In this document: positions 44,145 to 56,203 of the stretch, one piece after another | Layout of the letters: each line of letters opens with the position of its first letter | Numbering within the stretch: the stretch's first letter is position 1 | Source: Kondoa subrosea | Lineage: Eukaryota | NCBI GenBank assembly: GCA_039545335.1 | Contig: BCIN01000006.1 | Span: 434,001-498,000 of the forward strand | Direction: 5' to 3' | Length of the DNA: 64,000 nt | The notes under the pieces: model-generated | What the model saw: the letters and a program-made list of their open reading frames with translations, nothing else | What the model was told of the DNA's origin: nothing | Databases searched by the model: none | Position numbers and translations under genes: made by a program

Positions 44145-47100
44145 TCATAGTGCTGTGCCATTTGCATTGGCATGTTTCTTCGCTTCTTGCATCAATGGCT
44201 ACATAACGAAATCAGGAAAGATACTTGTGACGTTCAGAACAACATACAGCGAAAAACTGTATCAGAGCAAAGGAAGTGAGTGAATCAGTCTAAATTGAAT
44301 CCTTTCAGTCGCTGCTGTACCTTTTTGAAGACCTTCCCGCTGCAGAACGTACATCAATGTTGTTTCCAGGCTGCTTCAGACATGAACCTACTCCGGAGCA
44401 GAAGCTAAAGCGGCCAAGAATTCCTGCCCTTTGGCTTGAGGGTAGCCAACGGCAGGGAAGGTGACATTGATCATTTGTTGGCGGAAGTCATCTCCTCTTC
44501 TTTGTTCCAGAGCTTTGAGCAGGTTGGAGATTTCCCCTAGAACCTAAATCGCGCAAGTTTCATCGACTTATGGCGAATTGAGTTCGTGATGAACATACAT
44601 TGAATGACTGGGCATCTCCATAATCAAAGTCTTTCTTTAACGGAATAGTGAAACAAAGTTGCAAAGGCTGTTGGTAGTAGAACTGCTCGAAATTGGGTAT
44701 CGTTGCCGCTACTGGTGTTTTACCGTTGGCGACTGTGGAAGGATCGATCGGTGGAATCCATGTTAGAGCCATACGTGTTAATACTAGTAAACCTGCTCGG
44801 GTATCAGCTGGGAATTGATGCGATGTCGTGTAATGCAGAATGCTGTTGATGAAGTTTTCGAAATAAGGTTTGTTGGCTGAGAGAACAATCAGGCTGCGAC
44901 CTAGGCTTGTGTGTGTACTAAGGCTCACATTCTGCAAGGAATATGTCTTGCATGTTCGCGTTGAAGATGGAAGTAATGATGCTGAAATAAGCGCGGCGCA
45001 ATTCGGAATGTTGAAAAGCCTCATCGGTACCTTGAGGAGTCGGCTCAAGATGAAGATAGACGCGCGCAAAGATTTGGTAGATGATGGCTTGTAAGAGGGG
45101 TATGCAATCCTCCTAAGTAAAACCAAATCAGTAAAAAGAAGCTGTAAAATTTTGGATGCCTACCTTGTAGCGATTGAGGAGAAGCGAGAGGAAAGGAAGG
45201 AAGTCAATGAGCTCTTGAGCTTTCATTTGACCAATTAGACAAGCAATGAGCGGCTCAATGAACGGTAGCACGCTCTTGCCGAGTGTCGCGACAATGATCT
45301 TGAAAGCGCCGAGGGCCTGTGAGTGAAATGCCAGAAGTCAGCACTTTAAGACTGCTGAAAGCACATTCACTCACAGCTTCTCGAATGATCAGTACTCCGC
45401 TCATCTGTTTTAACGCGTCGATGATTGTCTGAGTAGCAGCCTTGAAGATTTCCACCCAAGCCCCACTGGCGGATTGCGTTGTTGAAGAGAGAGAAGGGAA
45501 ACCTTTCGCTAGATTCCCGATGGCCAGAATATAATGATGCAACCGAAGAACAGAATGCAAATCTTCCACAGTTGCGATAGTTGTCTTGATATTGGCTTTG
45601 AGTCCAGCAAGTAATTGATCCATCAAGACCTTAGCATTCTCTCAGCTAAATGTCAATACTTCGGACAATCTCAACTTACCTGCAAGATAGCTGCTTGTTC
45701 TTGGGGAGATCGCTGCATGGTGTGGACAAGAGTCCCGACGCATTCAAACAGATATAGCTGGCTGTCGAATCGACTTGCGCCATGTGCAGCTTTGACCAGT
45801 GGATCACCTTCTGTCGAGTCGGCTGCCGGTAACGGTTCCACTTCGATGACGAGCAGATCCTGTATGTATCAACCTGTTCAGGCACTTGATGTACACAAGC
45901 ACGAATCAGGTTACATACCTGAACAGCATTGAGGATTTCAGTAATAAATTCCGGAGATACGTTCTTCTGGATCTGCTCTTTCGCATAGAAGATGAAACGA
46001 TGAAAGAGGTAGAAGCAGCGTGCTCTGGCTACTCTAGATGTCTGGTGCAGACCTCTGTAAGACAGACAAACGAAAGAATCAGCCTAAGCCAAAATTCGTG
46101 TCGAATTGCCATACCTTTGGTCTAAGAAGGCTTGAATAACAGTGGGGATAGGAGAAGCGTTGATGATGAAGAAATCATGGTACCGCACAACGCATTCGAA
46201 GAATTGCAATGGCACGGAAGGATGAGGAAAGCTAGAGATGGAAGATTGAGTTACTCGCAGAACAAGCTCTCCGAGTGGTGAAAGAGGATATTGCGACAGA
46301 GCGGCAAGCTCTTCTTGAGAAGTTCCTGCGGCTCGCTTCTTGTTTGTATTAGGTGGAAGAATAACGAAGGAGGTTGGTAGAACGCCATTGCCTGTGAACT
46401 GATCAATTTTGGGTTCAATCATACAGAAGTTTTGCGTACCTTTCAGTGCCTCGCCGTAGAGGTAAAGTACAAAGAGTACAAGTTCAACTTGTTGCCAAGA
46501 TAGAGAAGCTTGACCGCCATTGTCCAAAGTATCCAGCACGCCATGAATCACGGTGCGAACATTGCTGACGAAGAGTTCTTCCGACAAGACCGCAATAGCG
46601 TCAAACAAGGTCTTGAGGTTCTTTCTCATCTCCACAAAATGAGCAGCAGCTTCTTCATCTTCGTCATCATCTCCTCCACCCCATTCTTCTTCTGTTGCAT
46701 ACTGCATCTTCTTAATGACTACTTGGAAAAGGGAGTTGAGGAAAGAAGTCTTTTCCGGTGTTAAATGACCTTGCAAATCTTTCTTCTTATCTTTCTTGAA
46801 CAAAGTCAAATAGCTTGCAGCCAAGGGGATCACAGCAGAAGCAGTGTCATCATATTCATCACTGAGGAATCCAAGGAGTAAATCTTGAAGAGCCATCAAA
46901 AGTTCTCTACCTTCTTTCCTTTCTTGTTCCGAAATCGTTCCATCTTCAGCAATTTTAGCTAATTCACTTCCAACAACATTCAAGAGTTTTGCTAATTTTT
47001 CCCTGAAAACTTCTTCTGCTTCAGGTACGTCTTCTTTACTTGCTTTCTTGCTTTCGTTTAATGCGGAACAAAGGTTTGTCAAGATAGAATGCAAGTTTAG

Positions 47101-48159
47101 GAATTGAATGAGCTTGAGTTTGTCGGTTGAAGGCATTCCTTTTCCTACTGTTTCTATCAAAGTATCTGCTACTGCTGTACGAATGGATATAGAAGGTAAT
47201 TGGAGAGCTTGATAGATAAGCGGAACGGATTCAGGTGAGATGATGAGATTGATATCGACCCAAGCTACGTAATCGCCAAGAACTTTGACAGAAAGTTCCA
47301 CTAGATCAGCAGAAACTTGTGAAGTTGTTGCTGTTGACAAAGCTTCCGATAAGATGGAGAAGACTGAAAGTGCAATGTTGGAAGAATCTCTGTCTCGGAC
47401 TAGATCTCGCATAGCTGCATCTTTGTTTGTTCGAGTGAAAGGTTTGTTAAGTCGTAAGCTAGTATCGATCAATTCTGTGCTGATCTCATGTAACAGTCGC
47501 AGATACAGATCAGCAGTTTTCGGATTGAGCGGCTGATCTTGTGCTGGTCGAACGAGTCCGACAAAAGAGCTGAAGAAGTCTGGCCAACTTGTTTGATATG
47601 TCTGATAGAACAGTAAGAAGAGTGTTCGACCAAGTTTGTTCTTCAAATCTGTTCACAAGCAGCGAAATGGTCTTCAGAGTGTCAAGATGACCGCTTGAAA
47701 GATAGCATACAAACGTTGGTGCCTTCCGCTTGGCCATTCAAAAATTCCCTCTGTACATAATCAAACAGTGATGTTTGCAGATTGGCCGTAGCAGCGGCAT
47801 CCAAGTGCGCGTTGCTGGAAATGGCAATACAATGATACGAGTACGATGAAAATAAGAGAATACAAAGGAAGAAGGGAGGAAAGAGAGCGACAAGTGATAA
47901 ATACATGACTCGTCAATTGCGAGAGAGCAACCTACCCGTCATTGCCTAAAGCTTCGTCAACCACTTGCAGACAGAATAGCCGCGCTTCAGCAGTGGAAGC
48001 GTCCTGTCCTTGAGCCAAGAAGAGCTTCAAGCATTCAGAGTAAGTTTCCAGAGGACGAGACTTGATTTGTTCAAGAAAAGTGTATGCCTCTTGTCTCTGC
48101 TGCTGACTAGAGCCTGGTGCCAGAGCTAAAGAGACTGCAGCTGCTATACTGGCGCTCAT
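44145..48159 (-). CDS. LOS1: Exportin-T (tRNA nuclear export receptor)
   Basis: Importin-beta-type helical protein with NKLGRTLFLLF..YQTSWPDFF, LKTLFDAI, WQQVELVLFVLYLYGE, VPLQFFECVVRY and LAIGNLAKGFP. Confidence 0.88.
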
Positions 48160-48330
48160 GCTGAAGTGTCGGCGTTCAGTGTCAAGAAAATTCATTCGAC
48201 TTGCCCAGATACATCCAACTTCGGTCTCGACAAGTAAACCCATACCCTCTCGTCGAGTAGATTGTCGTGTGGCCGAAGTCTCTACCTTTCTGTTGATATC
48301 AATTTCAGCCTTTGAGTCGACTTGCCCAGC

Positions 48331-50191
48331 ATGCAATCTTTGATCGAAACTCAGAGGGCTGCCCATACTCGCTACTCTCACTTGAATGCCTCTCTAGTCA
48401 CCACACTAGCCTCACAACCCGTTCCATCCGCTTCAACACACCGAGAACGCTTGAATCACGCTCACCGAGGTTCACATCTTTTGAACAAAGTTACAGATAC
48501 AGCAAAAGACTTGTCACTGTCTTACGATGATCATGTGGCTCGAATGCAAGAGATTGAAGCTTTAGCTGGATCTGGTGTTAAAGGCAACGATGTGACTGAA
48601 TTCTATAATCGCTTAGCTCAACTCAAAGATTGGCATAGAAGACATCCACAACCTGCTATTACTGCTGGTACAGATTCAGAAGATATGGATTTTGGTCAAG
48701 ATTGGGCAGAATTGGAAGGTGCTGGTGTAGAGGAAGGCAAAGATTACTTGGATCGAATGTTCAGTGGTGAAGAATCTCTGGGTCGATACTACGATCTCAA
48801 TACTTTGCACAACATGTTCACCAACTTACCTGGTGCTCAAAGACAACTTTCTTACCTCTCCTTTCTGGATCAATTTGACCAGTTCGGCGCAATAGCCAAA
48901 CAAAGAAAACTTCATGGCGAAAAGTACAAGCAATATTTGGATTCGCTCTATACCTATCTCATGGATTTCGCAAAAAGAGCTTTCCCTCTGGCGGATGTGA
49001 AAGCTTTGGTTTCGCAAGCGAAGAAGGAATTTGATGATTTGTGGGAGAACAATGCTGTTCCTGATTGGACGCAAGAAGCATCGACGGATGGTGCTAGTGC
49101 AGAAGGTATCTGGTGTGGTGCTTGTAAGTCATTTCCAGATCGATATCAGTTTTAAGCTGATTATGACATGGGCTTGGACTACAGGTCAAAAGATGTATTC
49201 GAAACAGACAGTCTATGATGCTCATTTGACATCAAAGAAACATCTCAAAGCTTCTGCAGCAGCTAAAGCAGCAGACGGAAGCAGCACACCACAAGCTTCT
49301 TCTTCTACCGCAGCACCAGCAGGCGCGACCTCAAACAAGGAGAAAGAACGTCTCCGCGAGCAACATCTAGCTCAACAAGAACATCTTATCACTGCTCTGC
49401 TTACCAACTCAGCTTCACCTTTGTTACCCATTCGAGCAGAAACGAAATCCAATGTAGAACGAAGAGCTTCTTTGACTGATCGAGAGCGAGCTCAAGAATT
49501 GGAAGATTTGGAAAGAAGAGAAGCAGAGGAAGCTGCTGAAGCTGCTAGTGGAGCACCAAAGAAGAAGGATGAGTTTGTGGATGAACGAGATGAAGAGGAA
49601 AGATTGTACAACCCGCTCAAATTGCCTCTTGGTTGGGATGGCAAACCGATTCCATATGTGCGTATTGATGATTTCTGTTGCTTCTTATCAAGCTCAGAGA
49701 TTCTCTAAATGTACAGTGGTTGTACAAGCTACATGGTTTGGGTGTAGAATATTCTTGCGAGATCTGTTCGGGTCGATCATGTTCGTAGTTCTCTAGCTAG
49801 CTTGCGCGCTTTGTCGCTGACGCCAGAAGCCCGAACAGATAACGGTCGGAAAAACTTCGAACGCCATTTCCAGGAAGCCAACCATACTTTCGGTATGAAA
49901 GCCCTTGGTCTTCCCAATACGAAGCATTTCCATGAAATAACAAAGATCGAAGATGCTATTGCTCGTGCGTCCACCCATGACATAATTGCCCGGTACTGAT
50001 GTCTCCATAGTCGCCGAACGCTTGAAGGCCGAAGGAAAGCAAGAGATTTTCAGAGCTGAAGAGATGGAAGAGCTAGAAGACGACGAAGGCAACGTATACA
50101 ATAGAAAGGTCTACAATGATCTGAAAACTCAAGGTGATACTGTTTGCAGTCTGTTACTTCCTTCGCTCATTCTCTTTCAGGTCTACTATGA
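48331..50191 (+). CDS. PRP9: Splicing factor SF3a subunit 3 (Prp9/SAP61)
   Basis: [13 protein letters not shown], a C..C...H..SKKH zinc finger, [33 protein letters not shown], and [25 protein letters not shown]. Confidence 0.95.
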
Positions 50192-50277
50192 GACAAAGAA
50201 ATGTATTGTAGGACTTGTATGATTGCAACGAGATGAATCGAATTCATTCTAGCGCTGATTGTTCTGTTGCAATTTCA

Positions 50278-51940
50278 TTACACTAAGCGCACAGCGCCAT
50301 TGGGTAAAATCTCTGCTTTCCAACCCGTTTTGACCCATGTCCCTTCCCCAGCAAAAGAGTCTTCAAACTTTTTAGCTTCACCAGCACAAGGTCTAACCAT
50401 TGCAGGTCCATCAACCAACAATTCACCCTTCATTTTTACTTCTTGCCCTTCTTCATCGCGGTCTAAACCCAATTTGATTTGTACGTTATTCGCAGGTGGT
50501 CCAACATGTGTCTTTTCTTCCGATTTTGATAAAGCTTGATAATCTTGTAAAATTGTAGCGGTTATTGGTGTAGGAATTAACCAATGTTGAGTTCCATGTA
50601 CTACATTTGCACCAGTCAAGATCCTCAATGCATCCACTTGACTTAAAGTAAGAGTTTCTGAAGGTGAAGAAGTGAAAACGCATATAGCTCTTAAAGTGTT
50701 TAAGTGATTTCTAGTTCTAAGTTTTGATAAGGCTCCCCAAGAAGCGTTCCAGATTGAATGCGATCCAAGTGAACCACTCCGGAGTGCGAAAAGATTAGAG
50801 GACCAGATCTGGGAGTGAATCCAAGAGTAGGTGGATTTCTTGAGTTCTGCTTTGAGGTGATTGATCAGAGGGATACTTGCTGAAGTCGGAAGGAACAGAA
50901 TAGTAGGAGTAGCTTCTCTGATAGCTATCAGCATATCTGGAACTTCGGACTTGCTAGCTTGAATCAGTTTCGACTTGTTGTACTGTGCCGAGAGGAAAAT
51001 ACTGAGCCCAAAAGGTGACGATAAAGAGTAGAAAGAGAGAATGATGTCCTTGTTGGTGAATTTGTATAGATTTGACGAAGTGAGAAGCTGAGAGATAGCA
51101 TGAGTTGAAGCTGTTAAGCTCTGCATTACAGATGAGCACTGGAAAAGCTTTTGAGTATACTGAAATACCTGATTTGTTAGATCTAAGAGGACAGCTTTGC
51201 CTTCTGGCGATCGAACTGCAGCCTGAATGATGACTGTTTTGGGTTCGACTGGAAATTCTGGCAGATCCACTTTCTCGTTCTCCTCCATGTCCTGCAGTAC
51301 CAGACCTTGAGCTGATGGTAAAGAATAGATTGTATCTGTAGAGATGATCGTAGAGACGCTTGCCGGAACCGAAATAGAACTGAGAAGACGTGATGTAGAG
51401 ATGATTGATACCAAAGGCATCGTTACTTGCGACAACAAGGAAGGAATGGAGTCGTGTAGTGACGGTTGAATCAGAACAATCTGGAGACCTTCTATCTGTA
51501 CACATGCTGATATCAACTGTCCAACAACTAATTCTGCGTGTCAGATCAATCTATCTGCTTCACACGCAAGCAGGCGTACGGGTCCCATCCTCTAAGATAA
51601 TAGCCACAGCAGCAGGAGAGTCTTTCGACACCGAAGAGAAGGCTCTCTTGAGTTTCTTAGCCATTGATAGAGTTGCAGGTAACTTGTTCAGGTCGACTAA
51701 ATGCTTGACACCCTTGATACTGGATTGCGGTGAGGCTACCAGGAGACCACTTGTAGCCAAAGCATTGTTCCATACAGCGGATTCATTCTTGTTTCGTACT
51801 CTAGCACTTTCACCTTGTCTGCCAAGCAAGATTGGGTGTGCAAGAGGGGACGCAGGTCGCAGAAGCAGGTGGCAGATGAATAGACCAATACAGGCCAGTA
51901 GCAAGCCTACGGTTACGTTGTCCGCTTGCAGAGTGAACAT
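50278..51940 (-). CDS. Membrane-anchored, degenerate long-chain acyl-CoA-synthetase-like (AMP-binding fold) protein
   Basis: N-terminal TM segment plus HPILLGRQGESARVRNKNESAVW. The C-terminal HVGPPANNVQIKL...GELLVDGP...WVKTG.KAEILPNG resembles the end of FAA-type enzymes. Confidence 0.65.
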
Positions 51941-52068
51941 TGGTGGAACAAGAATGACCGAACGCAATGAAATCACACTTATGCATATTATTGAGGTCGG
52001 AACGAGAATGTGAGAGCTGACTACAATGGTGTGAATGATGTGCAACTACCGCAACAATTGTCCTTGTC

Positions 52069-52413
52069 CTATATCCGCTTGACAGTCTCTCCGCTCCTTT
52101 GGCCCGGCTTGTTTTGGGATCCATTATCGCGCTCTATCTGCCATTCGTAGTGCTTCTTAAGCACATCTCTTGCTGGGCGTGTAAGCAGGACTTTGCGTGA
52201 TCTGTCTGATTGCAGATCTTCATCATTGAAGTAGCGAGACAGAGATGGGCAATTGAACAATTGCACAATTCTGACTGAGGAAGATCAATTCAAGTACTAG
52301 GAGACTGACACGCCTTCAACTTACTGCTCATCACGCTCAACTCTACAGATATCATCTCTGTATAAATCCTCGTCTTGATCAATAGACAGCCAAGCATCCA
52401 TAGGCACAATCAT
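52069..52413 (-). CDS. Possible small two-exon hypothetical protein or gene fragment (~95 aa)
   Basis: Exon MIVPMDAWLSIDQDEDLYRDDICRVERDE has a gtaag donor and can splice in frame into ORF 52069-52266 (...LLTRPARDVLKKHYEW...). Confidence 0.3.
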
Positions 52414-52496
52414 CTTGCTTGTAATGGGGGAACGACGATCAATAGAGATGCACTGAATCCATCAGACAGTACTTTGCCGGATTTTGATTAGTGTGT

Positions 52497-53200
52497 TCAT
52501 TGCTGATCTTCTTCTTCCAAGAGTGTTTTCCGCGCTCGCAGATGATCACGCAGATCTTCAAGACCTCCAGCTAGACCACCAACAGTGAATCCAAGCAGAA
52601 GTCGTTTCGGTAGTGCTCTTTTAGACAAACGATCTACATTCATAATTGGTCAGATAAATGGATTCGTAAGGGACAGTGTATCTTGCTCACACAAATTCGA
52701 AGCAGCGAGAGTAAGGACTGTCCCGGCTATAGCTCCGCTCAATCCTTTCTGACCTTCAGTGGTAACACCACTAGCTTGTATTGCTCGATGTAAAACCTCT
52801 TGAGAACCAACAAAAGCAGTAGTCCATGCGCCAAGCTTCAATCCAGTCTTGGCTCCTCCTTTGAGACCAGCTAACATGACTCTGTATGACTTGGTTTTCT
52901 GGTAGAAGTACCACTGTGAATGTTGAATGAGTGATGGACAGTCATAAGATAGATGCGCGTGCGTACACCCTGGACTGTTGTCGGTTGACAATGTGCATTC
53001 TCAGCCAAGAATTGGATAGAAGCCAGCGAAGTAGAAGTCATCAATCTGCAAATCGTTTTCAAGCGCATGAGTTGGCAAGACAAGAGATGCAAGAGCAACA
53101 TAGCTAACCCAGAGCAGAATCCGACTATTGAAGCACACAACGGGGCTACAACTAGCTGTGTGGGCAGATTGATGCGAATTGTCGAATTCGAGTCTGCCAT
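52497..53200 (-). CDS. Small multi-TM fungal protein (Tim17/22/23-like fold suspected)
   Basis: FLAENAHCQPTTVQG|WYFYQKTKSYRVMLAGLKGG plus Gly-rich TM helices (SGAIAG, LGFTVGGLAG). Confidence 0.6.
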
Positions 53201-53387
53201 TGCTCGGGCTGTAGAATGTGCCATAGAATAATGCCAAAGCCTCAAAGGTATCTCAATTCAATCTCTGCAACACCGTGGTATAGGTTTGTAGCTGATATAG
53301 AGTGGTTGTAGTCAGATGACTTGCGAGGTAATCATGAGTCAAGCTACATTCGTGGCAAGCAGACTAAAGCATAGGACAGTATACTAT

Positions 53388-55033
53388 TCAATCTTCCCAT
53401 CCGCAACAAACTTGACCCAGTTGATTTTCTTCAGCAAGTTCTGGCGGATCCAATGCAATCAATCGATCGTACTTGCGCAATATCCCCTTGGACACATTAT
53501 ACACCACTCCTTCCTGCCATTCCAGCTCCCTTGAGCCATCTTCGTTAATCAAGATCGCCTTGAGATTGGTAAATTCATCATCGAAGACGATTCTTGCTTG
53601 CATACCGCTTGGAATTTTCAGTTCCAGCATATCTCTGTAAGCCAAAGCGACAAGAAGATTAAGTCGTGCGTTCATTCGTTGAGATTCTTCGGGTTCTCTT
53701 TTCCAATAGGAAGGATTTGTTCGCTTGTGAACTTGATCAATCTTGTATAACAGATCTTGGTCAACGCTGGCTTCTTCTTCAGCTGTAACGTTTTGGCTGC
53801 ATGCGATAGTACTGAACCAAGGAGAGGAAGACAGGCCGGAAGCGAATTCGATTTGCTTGAGTTTGACTAGAGATGTTTCTCGAAAAGCAGCGCTGAGTTC
53901 AGAAGGAGGTGAATACAAAGGATCAAATCGACCATCGCTGTGTGCATAAGGATCTTCTGTTAAGGTGAGAACTTGTAACTGAGGCAGTACAAGATCCTTG
54001 AGTAGAGTGATCGCAAACACACTGCAACTGACATCCCCATCGTCTGGTGCGATGGATATAGCCAGTTGCTTCAATTTTGGAGCTACTTCTGAAAGCCAAT
54101 CCAACGAACGCTTACTGATGTCCCTTGTCGCACATTCCATATGTAAAGATTGTAGTTGTTCCAAGCTGTAATCAGCGAGAGAGTCTATCAGAAGACCGAT
54201 AGACAGGTCGTGACCACGGATAGCTAAGCTGTGAAGTTGGGCAGCTGCAGGAAGGAGCCAAGGAGATTCGTCCTGCCACTCGTACGGATGGAATGACAGA
54301 TTTCTCAGATGGACAGACGTGATGATATTTCGGGGACAGTGATGGAGATAGGGCAGAGTAAGAGTCTGCAAACCAGGTATGGATATTGCCCATTCGACCA
54401 AGTGCTTTAATGGTCTATCAAGGGTGTAGAGGTGCCCATCTATATTTAGATGGACCACTTGTGGACTTCGCATTCTAATTGAATCGAGTTGCATACGTGT
54501 TGGAAATTCTTCGGCTCGATAGTTCAAAGCGTTCGGAATACCGGGTCCACAAATATGCAGTCGTTTGAGAGAGATCAAAGCAGACAGAACAGCCAATGTT
54601 GTAGCAACGCGCCGTGCTTGATTTGCAATTGCGCTTTCTTCTGATCGATATTTCATTGCGTTCCTCAACCTTGCTCTTTCTACGTCCTCTCCCGAAATAT
54701 AGCTGATGTGTAACGGGACTGATTCTTCAGGAGTGCGAACGTGAGGTGTATAGCGACAACTTTCGACGTATTGAGCCAAATGAGGGGAATGAGTGATTTG
54801 GCGTTGGAAAGAGATATCTTCGATTTCAGGAATATGGCGAAAAAGATAAGGCGATATAAACACGAAAGCAGACTCTATGAGCATGATCAGTAGGCATTAT
54901 CGTATTACGCTGACACAAGCTCACTGTCTGCCAACGCTACCGATAGCCAATCCCTTGCACTCATACTGGACGGTTGTTCCTCTGCTTCCTCTGCTATCTG
55001 ATCCCACACCTCCCTGGGCAATCTTTCCAGCAT
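53388..55033 (-). CDS. F-box / RNI-like LRR protein
   Basis: The first exon reads MLERLPREVWDQIAEE (F-box start). The large exon has repeated LxxLxL units (LKRLHI, LQTLTL, LRNLSF, LHSLAI, LQSLHM, LKQLAI, LQVLTL). Confidence 0.65.
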
Positions 55034-55501
55034 GGCGATACTTGCGGAGATACTTAAGCTGGATCCGCCGATGAACAGCTCAACAACGAGAAGCGAGCAA
55101 GAAGAAGAGACAGCAGACTATCAGCGAACAGTGCAGTCGACCGGCTCTAGGTCGAAGCTCCGGAGTGACAAATGCGTTCTACCGCCATGCGAGTGAATCT
55201 TTACGAGAGATGACCACTCTGGCTCAGCAGCCAGCAGCCAGGCATGCAGTGCAGGTCTCGATATATGCTACTGTGGAAGTAGCCGTTCGAGGACCAGCCG
55301 AACATTGCATTGGAACAAGATTTAAAATGTGGAATTGACAAACAAGCGATTCGGATAGTCGTAAGAGCAGCGAGTCTACACGGCATTGGTGTACACCGTA
55401 GTACTATGTTTGCCTTGTGCAAGGCCTTGGCGAAGCTCGCCGATAGCGCGGGTCTTGAACTTCTCTTGGCTAGAAGAATTGCTTGTCCTTTCGCACTGTT
55501 T

Positions 55502-56068
55502 ATGAATCTTCGAGCCTCTATTATTGACTCTCTTCTTCTCTCTTTGCTTGTGCTACCAATTTTTCTCAAAATGTCTTCGCTGTCTTCGAGGAGCGCAATA
55601 ACAAGACCTAATGCAATCTCATTGCATACTATTCCAAAGACGAACAATCTCACTTCAGATTTCAACGGTTCATATGATCAAACTTGTCAGCCGGTAGAGG
55701 GATGCTTAAAAGTCTTTTGGCACAGGGTGTATTTCGACGTATGGGAATATAACAGCAGCATGTTGCATGGAACAGGGAATAGATTCCACAGGTATCTACA
55801 ACGGGTGAGTACTGTCCTCACATACAGCCTATTTTTTTTAACCTTCGAGCATTGTCTCAGCACTTTTGGTTGTCCAAGATACACTACAATGAACGGTTTC
55901 ACAAATCTAGACAGCGAAGTTTTCATCAATTGCGTCATGAACGACTCAACCGCACAATCCTACTTCATCAGCTGTCAAGATCCGACTAGTGCAGCTTACA
56001 TACGCAACGGTCATACGAATTTGATCTTCGTGGCTTTCGTTGGATTGCTATTTATTTCGTCGTTCTGA
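55502..56068 (+). CDS. Small Cys-containing, probably secreted/GPI-type hypothetical protein
   Basis: Hydrophobic N-terminus (SLLLSLLVLPIFL), several Cys, and a hydrophobic C-terminus (LIFVAFVGLLFISSF*). One intron-like segment at ~55805-55860. Confidence 0.4.
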   Translation: MNLRASIIDSLLLSLLVLPIFLKMSSLSSRSAITRPNAISLHTIPKTNNLTSDFNGSYDQTCQPVEGCLKVFWHRVYFDVWEYNSSMLHGTGNRFHRYLQRVSTVLTYSLFFLTFEHCLSTFGCPRYTTMNGFTNLDSEVFINCVMNDSTAQSYFISCQDPTSAAYIRNGHTNLIFVAFVGLLFISSF

Positions 56069-56203
56069 GATCGAGGGGTGTCTCATATTGGTAGCAGTAT
56101 TGGATATCCAGCATCATATGGTAATAAACAATATTTCTCGCATAGTTTGATCGTTCTGTTGCAGATGTAAAAAATGGTATTCCGATGCGCGAAAACGATT
56201 ACT

